In this document: positions 36,048 through 49,019 of the stretch, in pieces
Numbering within the stretch: position 1 is the stretch's first letter
Layout of the letters: the number at the start of each line of letters is the position of its first letter
Assembly: GCF_000315625.1 (NCBI RefSeq)
Contig: NW_005434670.1
Coordinates: 414,711-478,710, forward strand
Reading direction: 5' to 3'
DNA: 64,000 nucleotides
Source of the DNA: Guillardia theta CCMP2712
Lineage: Eukaryota > Protista > Cryptophyta
The notes under the pieces: generated by a model
Database searches by the model: none
Seen by the model: only the letters and a program-made list of their open reading frames with translations
What the model was told of the DNA's origin: nothing
Program-made: the position numbers and the translations under genes

Positions 36048-37274
36048 CACGGCCTGACATTACCATCAGTCAAACATGTACAAACTAGAACATTGAAACA
36101 GAAGCAGCTTCTCTTGGGTCAACATCACTCACACGATACAGCTCGCAGGAAGGAGGTCAAATCGAGAAAAACTATGAAAGTTCAAACAACCCCAGTTGTG
36201 ATGCATAGATGCTTAGCTGGGGATGTCGTGTATGTAACAGACAAAGAAACACCAGCTGAATTTTAGCATAGGAAGCACGACAAACGCAGAAAAGCAGCAC
36301 AAGTCATCAAACAAATTCCTTCCTCCCACGAGCTTCTACCAACCTCCTCTGCCCCATCTCAGCCCTCTCGACCAACCAATGTTTCAATCAAATACACGAT
36401 AGATGGAAACAATGTCTTCTCAGGAAACATCATCCTTGACTCAGCATGACTCAAACTCATCTCTTGCTCCTAATCCTAACCATTTATGTGTCCCTCTGCC
36501 CCCAAAGTCTTCAACAGATTTCAAGTCCACAACATGATATTGAGCTGCATTCTATCATCATCGCGCGTGGGACCTTCTCTCGAACTGTTCATCTTCCACC
36601 TCTCGTACTTGTCTTCCCCTTCCCCTTCTTCTCTTCCCCATCTCTCCCCTTCCTGCCTCTTAGTCTCTCACCATCGGAAGCGCCAGACCGAGCCACGCGA
36701 AGAGACACCTATTTTACTCAAATATTACCCACCCCTACCCCCTCCTGCTCTTGCACACCCTCTGGTTCAGCTGATTACAACCACCGGTACCTTTGCAACT
36801 TATTTTCGACTACCCCCAATATCAATACTTCAGTACCCCACCTTGGTATAGCTTGCAATGTCGAGAGGTTGAGTACCCTACCCATCTTCATCTCCCTTGC
36901 ATTGAGCCTTTGTTTTCAAAATTTCCTCTATATTTTGAAGATATACCCAGAAAATTGCTTCAGACAGACACGAAATCGTAAATGTATAAAAGGTTATGAG
37001 CCTTTGCATTTTAACTCAAGTGCTGGAACCTCGGATGAACCCAGCGGGAGGGCCCGGGCCCGATCAAGCCATAACCACCCACCCATACATGACCCTACCC
37101 CTTGTACTACACAGTTTGTGAGAGCACTACCCCTACCTATCCTACTACAGCTGTCTCGAGTCACCTCTAAGTAATACTACCCCCGGTTTCACGAGGGGGT
37201 GAATTACCCCACCCTGACTAGAAACCAAAAGTACCCTACCCCTGATTGGCAACAGTTCCCGTGTCCAGTTGGCC

Positions 37275-38825
<1,551 letters not shown>

Positions 38826-39017
38826 GGAAGCTCGTTGGGGGTTGAGACGCGAGACTTCAATAAATTTACAGCTAGCACAATTCCTCCCTTGCCTCCCTCC
38901 CTCCCTCCCTCCCTCCCTCGTCTCATTCTTCTATTTCTGTCTGTTTCGATCATTCTCTGGTTCCCTCCACATGCATGGTATGCTTTGTTGCTCCTAATGC
39001 ATTCCCGGTGCCTCAAG

Positions 39018-39043
39018 CTCCTCCTGCTCCTGTTCCTGCTCTT

Positions 39044-39079
<36 letters not shown>

Positions 39080-39116
39080 CCTGCTCCTGCTCCTGCTCCT
39101 CCTGCTCCTCCTCCTC
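39018..39116. repeat. (CTCCTG)n microsatellite
   Basis: Direct reading. Confidence 0.9.
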
Positions 39117-39229
39117 GACATCTCGTTGCCCCCGCACTTGACTGATTCACATCCCTCGCCCCGCACTGCCAGCATGGATTTTTTTCATGACCCTCCTCCC
39201 CCGCGTGAATTCCGGGGGCCGTAAGAGCC

Positions 39230-40954
39230 ATGGCGCTGGTGGGACGCAGGCAGCCGCTGCTGTTGCTCGTTGGGCGTGGGCTCAAGGAGGCGTGGAGGAT
39301 CAAGACGGCAGACGCAGCATACGGCAAATCCGAGGGGGGGAGGAACACCTGGATCTCGCACGCTCGCTCCTTCTCTTCCAAGTCACCCAAACCACAGAGC
39401 ATCCTTCGTCCGCAGCTGAGCTTCGACGCCCTGCAGAAGAAAGCAGACGAGGGAGACGTTCAGTCCATGTTCCTGCTGGGCTCTGCCTACTTGAAGGGTC
39501 AGCTCGGGGCGAAGAAGGACTATGACAAGGCCCGGATGAGGTTTGAGCAGGCGGCGGAGCATGAGCACAAGCAGGCCTTGTTCAACCTGGGGGTGATGTA
39601 CCTCGAGGGGCAGGGAGTGACGGCCGATGCTCCTAGAGCGGTCAGCTTGTTTCAACGAGCTGCAGCTCAGGGTCTCGCAGAGGCTCAGTACAACCTCGGC
39701 AACTGCTACCATGCTGGCACTGGAGTGGATAAGGACGAGGAGGCAGCGATGGAGCAGGCAAGCGCCTGACAGGGAGGCGCGTGAGCTAAGCTGCTTGTCT
39801 CCAGTTCTCTCTTGCAGCAGGTCAGGGGGACCACAAGGCCTGTCTCCGTCTCGCCCTCGCCTACATCTCCGGGGATGGTGAGCAGCTGCTGGGCTCTCCT
39901 AGGATGACCTGCCGGCAGGGGTCAACCAGGACAGCCAGGCAGCGCGACAGATTCTGCAGTAGCGGCATGAGGAGAGGAGGTAGACACTAACCGTGTGGCA
40001 GACGACCGGCCTTCGACGGAAACGCTGAAGCCCAGGTCACTCAGTCAGCGATGTATTGATGACGATGATGATGATGATGATAATGATGTTGATGATGATG
40101 ACGACGACGACGACGATGACGATGATCATCACGATAACGATGAGATATTCTGATGCTGATCGCTTGCAGTTCTTGCTGGGATATCTCTTGTTGAACATCG
40201 AGGAAGCGTCAGAGGTACATTGAATTTTCTGCTCCAACGAATGTAACAAGAGTTTGAATTGACAGCAAAACATCAAAGACGCGTCCTTCAATCTGGAAAG
40301 CGCATCTTCAAAAGGCTTTATTGCCGCTAAAGTGAGAAGAGGAAGTCATTTCGGCCTCTCAGTTTGAGAATTCTCTTGTCCAGCATTATCTTGGCATGTG
40401 CCTTCTCAAGGGACATAGACTCGAAGCAGACATGGTGAGTTGAGAGGATTTGAACTGATGGGGAGCATGCGGAGCTGGCATGCTTGTGACGATGATTGTT
40501 CATAGTCAAGGGCAAGCTCTCTCCTGCAAGAAGCAGCACTGGCAGGGCACGGACAGTCCGCATATGAGCTTCACAAGATGTACAAAGAGGGTAAGGCGAT
40601 TCCATTCGCAACTCCAAACCCTCTCCTTTCAACTCGCTCTTCGACGCTGCTCCTCACTGCTGTGAAGAGGCAGACCTGCTGCCTGTCCCCTCCCTCCCCG
40701 CGCGCTCTCTTGGCTCTCTCTTGTTCCCTGCCTCGCCTTGCCCCCACCCTCCTCATCATCCTCGTCAGGCAAGAATCTCGACGCTGAGAGTCGCAAGTGG
40801 CTTGAGGTGCGTCCGTCTGGTCTGAGGAGAGGAAGTGACGTCGAGGCAGAGAGCTGCTGAGCTGGGGGTGAAGGAAGCCTTGACCGAGTGACTTGTGCTC
40901 TTCCCCCCTCGCCCGTGTGACTGTTGCTTCCACAGGTTGAAAGGCGCCAAGTGA
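39230..40954 (+). CDS. Sel1-like repeat protein, probably mitochondrial
   Basis: Arg-rich presequence ending ARSFSS. Repeats ALFNLGVMYLEGQGV...A..LFQRAAAQG, AQYNLGNCYHAGTGV, GHGQSAYELHKMY and KWLERAAELG. Confidence 0.85.
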
Positions 40955-41303
40955 CGGAAAGCTAGACGCTAACGGGGGGAGGCAGGGGGAGAACAGGGAG
41001 GAGAGGGAAGGCAGGGAGAGAGTTGAGGAGAGGAGGACGGGATAGAAACGAAGCGAATAAATTGATCGAGAAGAAAGAGTCAAGCCCGATAAATCTTGAG
41101 TTGAAGCTAAGATGCTGCCAGACACGTTTCTTTCTCACTCTGCTTGCAACCCTCCACCTTCTTCTTTCCTTCCCACCCTCCCCCTGTCTTGGTCATCCTC
41201 CTCGCTCCCCGCTGCCCCTCCTTCCCTCATAGCAGCATGGCGAGGGCTTGCATTTCTTTTTATTCCAGTCCTACCGTTTGCTGTTGGGACTGTCGGGGAG
41301 GAA

Positions 41304-44300
41304 ATGTCGGCCCATGCCGCCATGGTGAGGGGAGGGGAGCAAGTGCTGGAGGCGGCGGGAGAGGAGCAGGGAGCGATGCTGGCGCACACGCTCTTCTTTG
41401 CGGAAGAGGAAGGAGCATCGGAGATGAGACGGCGAGTCCTCGGCGAGTCGTTCAGGTGAGCGTCGGAGCTCGTGAGTCAACATCTGATGCTGCCGCTCAG
41501 TGCTGGGCTCTTCGGGCGAGGGTCTGAGGTGAGCAAGGGACTACTGGAGGAGGGGAAGCAGCTGCTGGACTCTCTACCTGAGGAGAAGCTGGAGGAGCTG
41601 ACGTCGACCCTCCTCTCCTCCGACAGCGCTCTTGCCTGCTTGTTTCGATCGCAAATCTTGCAGGAGAGCCAGAGGGCAATGGAGGAGAACGTGCAGGAGC
41701 TCGTGGCTGAGCTGCGACTTGCAGGAGAGCAGCTGCTACGGAGAGCGCCGGAGGGAATTCTCATCGCGATCTTAGCGGCAGTGCTGGAGGGACGAGGCAT
41801 CGTCTCCTCTCAGATCCGGCAGCTGTTCCAAGGGAGCTCAGTGGAAGAGGCAGCAGCGGGTCTGCTAGTAGCAGGAGGAGCGTTCTCTGTCAAGTACAAT
41901 CTCTGTACTGTCGATGGGCTCAAACCCACCCTTGGGGTCACGGCGGGAGGTGAAGGCAACAGGGCAAGACAAGCGATTCCCCTGGATCAGCAGCAAGCAG
42001 ACTTGTTGAGCTCAAGAATGGAGGAGTCGGGGAAGAGTAAGCTTATCTGATGAAGCGATGATCTGTTAATGTGAAGCTACGATGGTGTCTTCGAGTGATG
42101 GTATGATGGTGTGGAGATATGATGGAGTGACATGACGATATATGGCATGAGATGACCTGGTGACATGATGGTATGATGGTGTGATAACGATGGTCTCGCA
42201 GAGTTTGTCGTGGAGGCTCACGATTGGCAACCGTTGGACGATTGCGAGCATGTTGTGAGGTTGGAGAGCAAGAGGAGAAATCGCATCAAGTCGGAGCTGC
42301 CCAAGACTGGAGAGATCGACCACGAGCAGTGGGTCATGTACGAGTTCAACGCGGGAGATGATTGGACGGCCTTCGAAGTCGTCTGCGAGGTGCGCGGGAC
42401 TGAGGGCGGCGGCAGCTCGTGACTGTGCTGGGCAGGGCAGCCAAGGGCTCCTGGTGATACAGCGAGAAGAGATTCGGGAGGACATGAAGCAGGACCGCAA
42501 CTTTGAGCGCGAGGTGCTCGACCTCGAGGAGCGACTCCGAGCCAAGGAGGAGGAGATCGAGAGAGAGCAGGAGACTAACAGCACTAAAGTGCTGCAACTT
42601 CAGCGTGAGGCCGCGGCGATGAACAAGAAGTTGGAGGCTCTGATCAACTCGAGGTGCTCCCCTCCCTCCCCTCTCCTCCCCTCTCCTCCTCTCTCCTCCC
42701 CTTTGACTTGTTCTGACGCCCTGGCAGGACCAAGTCTCTCTGCCTCCTCTTCTCCAACGCGACAGAGCTGAAGCGAGTCGTGATCAGAAACAAGTCGGCA
42801 CGAGCCAACGCCATCCAGCGCCCGATCTTCCTAGAGGGCTGTCAGTTCTCAGGGAGGTGGTACATCGGGCTCAAGAGCTCTCTCAACGCCTACAAGCTCA
42901 TGACCTTCCGCCTGTCCGTGCGGTTCTCGCGTGACGTGAGCATGTACGAAATTCAGGTGGAGATGAGCTCCAAGAGCAAGGTGGATGTCTCCGAGCAAGA
43001 CCGGCAGCGCATGGAGTCTGAGAAGAAGGCGATAGCAGCCAAGGACATGCACGCCTTGCAGCGCATCCGGTGGGAGAAGTGGAACAAAGTCGATCTTGCG
43101 CGGGGGCTGCAGTCCTTGTACGTGAGCAAGTGGTATCACCCGGAATGCCACACAGCTGTAGTTCACTGTCAACGACTCGTGCGCGGGTTCCTGGGGCGGA
43201 GGCTCTTGCGTTGGTTGCGGTCAGTGGCAGTGAGGAGGGGAGAGGTGAAGAAGAAGGACGAGGATATGCGGTCTCGCTTGTCTTTCAGCGACAAGAAGCT
43301 CTTGACGAGATTCTCCTCTACTCCCGTCTTCCAGGAGCTGGACGATGCGAGGTATGCCGAGGCAGCAGCGATGATGCTCAAGTACGGGAACCTAGAGAAT
43401 CTCGGGGAGGTGACGCATGCAGCACGAGCAATCTTCAACGTCGTCGACGTCGACGGGTCGGGCGAGATGGACGTGAAAGAGCTAGGGACAGGCTTGAGCA
43501 TGCTCGGGCTAGATGACGTCCCCGAAGAGCAGGTGCAGCAAGTGCTGAACCACTTCGACGCGGACGGGAGCGGGTCGATCGACAAGGAGGAGTTCGTGTC
43601 GATGGTTGCGGTGTTGTGTAGCAGCCAAGGAGGAAGCGTGAAGAAAGCGCTCAAGAAGCTGAGCACAGGAGTCAAGCGAGACCTCAAGGTTCAGCGTCGG
43701 GAGATCAAGCACGAGGCCTCGCAGGTCGCTGTCAGGGACATGACCAACACCCAGCTCGACAACATGCTGGAGCGACTGCGCGTGCGCGTGCGATGCAGGG
43801 ACGAAGAGAAGGCGGAGCAGGAGGCAGAGCTGCGTCGGAAGGAGGAGGAGCGGAAGGAGCAGGAACGAGCTGCGGAGATCTACCTCGAGGAGCGAAGAAA
43901 GCTGCGGGTGCTGGAGGAGAACATGAGGCAGGCGCGGGAGGACGAGCGGGTGAGGCAGGAGCGAAGAGCCCTTGTCGCCACCTTCACCGACGTCAACGTG
44001 GCTCTCTCCTCTCTACTCAACCAGCACAGCAAGAACTCGTCCCATGACGCCAGCATCGCCATCCTCTTCCAAGAGCTGTGCGAACCCGCGGCGCCTCCTC
44101 CCCAGCCGACGGTAACCAAACAAGGACTTCGCAGAGCGGCAGACTCAATGGGGCTGAGCATCTCCGCCTTCACGCTGGACAATCTCTTCAGGGTCTTCGC
44201 AGGTGGTGGACAGGATGGGCTGAGCATGAGCGAGTTTCGCGTGATGGTGGAGACTCTCGTGTTGAGCACGCAGACAGACGTTGCTGACTCTCGGTTTAAT

Positions 44301-44306
44301 GAATAG
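41304..44306 (+). CDS. EF-hand and IQ-motif coiled-coil protein (multi-exon; last exon ~42730-44306)
   Basis: IQ-like CQRLVRGFLGRR and EF loops DVDGSGEMDVKE and DADGSGSIDKEE. Upstream frames link through introns at ~41457, 42037, 42390 and 42654. Confidence 0.75.
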
Positions 44307-44657
44307 CTGCGGGCTACTTCCTCCTCCCCTCGCGCTACTTGCACCATTCACTCCGCGATCTTGTTGGACCTGCAAGAATCTCGTGAGACACAACCAGCAA
44401 CACGTGGATACGCAAATCAATGTCGGGATAGACAAGATGACTACCATTGCCACCACACCTTGACAAGGTACAGGTGGCAATGAGACAACAAACATCCCTT
44501 GATCTTCTGTTGCACAAAGATTGACAGAAGCGATCGATGCAGCATCCACGAGAAAGGAAGGCAGATCACTTGTCGTGCTAGATGAAGGCTCGCTACAACT
44601 CCCGTCCGAAGAGCGAAGAAAAGATGAATCCTTGTCCTTTATATGCAGCTTCTCTTC

Positions 44658-44664
<7 letters not shown>

Positions 44665-44735
<71 letters not shown>
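44665..44735. repeat. (CT)n microsatellite
   Basis: Direct reading. Confidence 0.95.
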
Positions 44736-44738
<3 letters not shown>

Positions 44739-45182
44739 TCTTCTCCTCTCTTCCTATCACTCTCTCCTCCTCTCCTCGCTGAGCCGCCATGGCCCCCAAT
44801 CATCTTGTTCGCTCACTTTCTGCATGGGGGGACGCAACTTCGCTCGTGCAAGACTCATCTCCCTCATCTCATCTCCCGCACGCCAGGCCCAGTGGTCCAG
44901 GCCCAGCCGCTGCGCACCCAGCGGGCCGGGCCCGCGGGCCGGCCGGGCCCGTCTCGCTTGCAGTGAGTCGTACTGCGGCGACCCGGCGCCGCAGCCAGCC
45001 GCCGGGCCTGGCAGTGGGGGCAGTGAACTGAATCAGCGGACCCGCGGCACCGCTCGGAGGCCCGCACAGCCCAGGCGGTCAGTGACTCCGAGTCAGCGAG
45101 AGAAGAAAAACGCGGCAAATCGGTCGAGAAAATTCATTAAGAACCTCACGGCAACCTGCTACGCTGCTTCCTCTGCTCGCCT

Positions 45183-47706
45183 TCACTCGTCCGGGTTTAA
45201 GTTCACCATCTGCCGTACAGAGTCAGCAGGACTGCGGCGCAACCCCAACGACAAGATCTGACCGTCTTGGAGAGGTCGAGAGGCTTTCCGTAAATCCGCT
45301 CGTAGATGTCCTGCGAGCGAGGTGAACAAGAAAGATGGCACAACAAGCTCACCATGACATCGTCGGACGTGTGCTCGAAGTGGCTGCTCGCATCGTAACT
45401 GCAACCAGGTCAGCACCAGCGCCCAACGTCCCTCGTCCTCACGATTTCGAGATGTAGCACTTGTCCTCATGGCCGAGCTTGTTCGGGACCTTCCAGTCCT
45501 TCTGAGGAGGAGCGAAAACGTGCAAGGAGGCGTACCTTGATATCGTAGACGTCGAAGAAGAAGGAGTCAACTTTGCCGAGGATCTTGAGACCATCCTTCA
45601 GCTCCTCGCTCGCTACCTTGGACAGGTTGGCCTCAATGTCCGTCCTCTGCCATCTTGTCAGCTCTTCGAGCTCTGCCACCAGTCACCGACGTTGGTGATG
45701 GTCGAGACGAACGCGATGTACTTGCCCTGCCCGCCACGAGGTCAGGCGCGCGACGCGTCATCTCCTCCTCACCTCAGCCGCCACCATGTGGCTCGCGGAG
45801 ACGCAGAACACGTACACGTCATGCGTCCTGCCGATCTTCCTCCTTGTGTCAGAGCAACCACGAGGCTGTCGCTGCAGAGCACCTGATTCTGCGGGAGAAT
45901 GATCTGAGCTGAAGGCTCCGACCCTGGTGTGATCGGATGCGACAAGATGGCGATGCATCTGACAACCTGAGAGGTCCCGAGGAGTCAGGTCAACTCACGT
46001 CTGCAGCAGCCAAGGGCACCTTCTCCGTCACTCTGCACTGATCAGGGAAGTATGTCGGGTCGGCTACGATGAACTTGCACTTGGCAAAGGCCTACAGGAG
46101 GATCAATGGCTAGGGGCGGCGGAGCAAGACCTCTCCCACCGGCTTTCCTTCCTCGTTCATGGACACCACACCGCAAGCTTCTCCCTGGCAGTTACTTGAC
46201 AGTCAGGATCTCCTTCTTCCACGCATTTCCCACCGCCGAGTTGTAGACGATCCTCTCGATGGGCTTGTGCAGCATATAAGTGCCTCCATAAACGGCCGCC
46301 TGCGGCTAGTCAGCGCTTGCCCAGCAACCATCCGTTATCAGTACCAGGCGAGCGAACGCCTGCGGCAGCTCTCCCAGACCGTAGAGGGGATACAAATAGG
46401 GCGACTTGCCGTAGCTAGCGCAGTAATGAGATAGAGAGACATTTGAGGAGGACAGACCGAGCAAGCGACTCGCCATAAAGCTTGCATCGCTCCACCATCT
46501 CCTCCGCGGGTCTTGTCAAATATCTGAAGCCGGCCTCAGTACACCACAACCTTGCAATATCCGCATCCATACCCATCATTGTCGTAGAGAGCAAGGGCGT
46601 GTCCAATGAAATCTACAGTCCCTGTGAACTACTTGTCAGTTTCAGATCGGCTTTATCGTTTCACTTTCACCTTTCTCCAATCCAAACTTACTAAACAACT
46701 CCTGGCTCGTCATTCGCTGAAGGTTATGTCCCTGTGATTGATTGTGAATGACTGACGCGTCGTTCAGACACGTCCTGACCTGATGTGTCTTTGGTTCGTT
46801 GCGATCAAAGTCCTGCACGAAGACCAAGAACTTGCGCAAACGATTCTTTTCGAAGAACCCAACCTGCGCAGGAAGTGTGAAATTCAAGCATGTAGGGAGC
46901 TGAAACATGGCGTTGGAAGAAGAGGGAGATAGCACAACACGTCGGGAAGGACTTTGAAGTCATCACCAGCGGCGTTGAAGCAGCCTCAGTGCCGGTTGCA
47001 GGAACCTAATCAGCAGGGTGTGAGCTTTCCTGGGCATCATCATCAGGCACTGCAGAACAAGACCTTGTTGATCTTTCCATCCTTGAGCACGTAGCTACCA
47101 TCGACCTGACTATCCTGTCAAGGAATGACAAGATCGGTACGATGCTCGCCTGTTTGAACTCGAGGTAGCGATTGACGTTGGTCATGATCAGCATCTTGAC
47201 AAGCTTGCCGTTTGCCATGATGAATTTGGGGGCGAGGTCAATGTTGAAGTCCCTGCTGTTTCCGAGAGCAGGCTGAAGTAGAACGAGAAATCATGGTACA
47301 TTCCTCACAATCAGCACGTACATTCGGCTGAGCTCCAAAGCGCTGGAACAGCTGGTTAAGATTGATCGACGCCGACTCTCCTCCATAGTAGTCGTTCCTA
47401 TCCATGTGCAGCACCTTCTTACCGTCCACAGACAGGATGCCTGCAGCAGCATGAGCCCGGAGCAAGGAGGGAGCAAGGAGGGAGCAAAGAAGGAGCAAAG
47501 AAGGAGCAAGCGCGAGAACCGGAGATGATGCACTCCTTGAGACCAGTCCCAAGAACAATGGCATCGTACTCGCCATCTGCCAGTGGGGGTAGCGAAGTCC
47601 CGTCAGGAAGCTGGATCATCTATAAACAGCGTCAGGCATTGAGAGGTCAGTGAGGGAGAGCTGCTGCTACCTCGGGGGGGGCGGGAGTGTCTTGCTCGTC
47701 CGACAT
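45183..47706 (-). CDS. GDI: Rab GDP dissociation inhibitor (many short introns)
   Basis: [85 protein letters not shown]. Confidence 0.97.
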
Positions 47707-49019
47707 CTTCGCGAGGAGAAGAAAGTCAGCACGTTTGACAACATGAGAGTAAAAGATCAACTCATACGATAAGAACAGAGCTGCACATCTTCATGTTCTT
47801 TCAGCCATCGCTAAGTCAACAGCCACATGTCTGAATCTCTTTCCAGGCCTTAGAACTGCCCCCGACCTCACTGCAACACCCGATTCACCCTTATAAGTGT
47901 TCTGCCTGCATCTTCTGGTGACTCCCGTCTAGTTCCATCATGCTCTGTCCCATCTTGACTAGCCTGTTTCATCTCCTCTTCCACTCTCATGACCATGCTA
48001 TTTGCGGGGTTGTTGTCCCTTGTGTTTTTTTTTTCTCCGGCCATTCCTTTTTGTCTTTTTTGTTTTTCCTCCATTGCAGCCACGTAGCTGTTGACGGTTA
48101 CAACAGTTGGTCCTGCAATATGATGATGGGAACCGGGCCGACTCGCTGTACCGGGGCCCGGGCCCGGGCCGCCCGCCCGCCGGGCGCGGCGGCCCCGGGG
48201 CCGGGCGGCGGGGGGGCGGGCGGGTTCAGATTCGCGGGCCGAGCGGGCCAGTGACTCGACGGGCCTGGGGAGCCACTCGGCGGCGCCCGGCGACCTCCGG
48301 GGGCCCTAACACTGATCGAGTGGCACTGGCCGGGCGCCGCCAGTCGGTCGCCAACGGCGCAGGGACTCGCGCGGCCGGCACCGTGACGGTCCGGCGATCG
48401 GGCGAGCCCCAGTGACCGGGTCGGATTGCACATGATGCGGCACTGACGGTCCAAGTTATGTCCTGCCTTCGTGCTGATAAACGACTCTTCAGCAGGTCAC
48501 GCAAGTTGGTTGTGCGGTACGGTATAAGAGGCGGCCCCCGCCCCGGCAACTCGCATCACGTAACGCCCGTGGGGACCAGCTACACTCAGTGACTGATGAT
48601 GGGCCAGCATGTGGGCGCGGCACCGTGGCACCCGTGATGATCCGGGGCCGAGCCGGATCAGGGACTCGCCCCTGACCGTACTGCTACGGTACTGTCAGTA
48701 GTACTCGCGGCCCCCCCGGCCGGGACCCGGTACGCCGGGTCAGCGGCTCCGACGAGCAGGCTCAGGGCCGAGGTCGCGCGTTCTCGGAGGCCGTGCCCCG
48801 GGCCACGCCGGGTAGACTGATATTATCTACTGAGTAGTAAGATGGGTACTGTAGTGATCGGACTTGTCTTGCCAAGTTGATTTGCCAACTTTGTGGCTGA
48901 CCACTAGCCATACGGTCCTGCACGGTGAGGTATCATCGGAGACGTGAATATCTGAGTAGAAACCCATATCAGCTATCCACACACATTGAAGGCTGGTGGT
49001 GGCAACGGTAGATCGGATG

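Noticed and set aside
44145-44799. Minus-strand ORF with a hydrophobic segment
   Set aside because: Overlaps the 3' end of the EF-hand gene, start not identifiable, no homology evidence.
48179-48200. GCCGGGCGCGGCGGC resembling the 7SL/Alu 5' end
   Set aside because: Short match inside a very GC-rich island; no downstream SRP RNA features seen.
48590-48680. Possible C/D box snoRNA (TGATGA...GTGATGA...CTGA)
   Set aside because: No D' box, terminal stem or recognisable rRNA guide; these words are common in the island.
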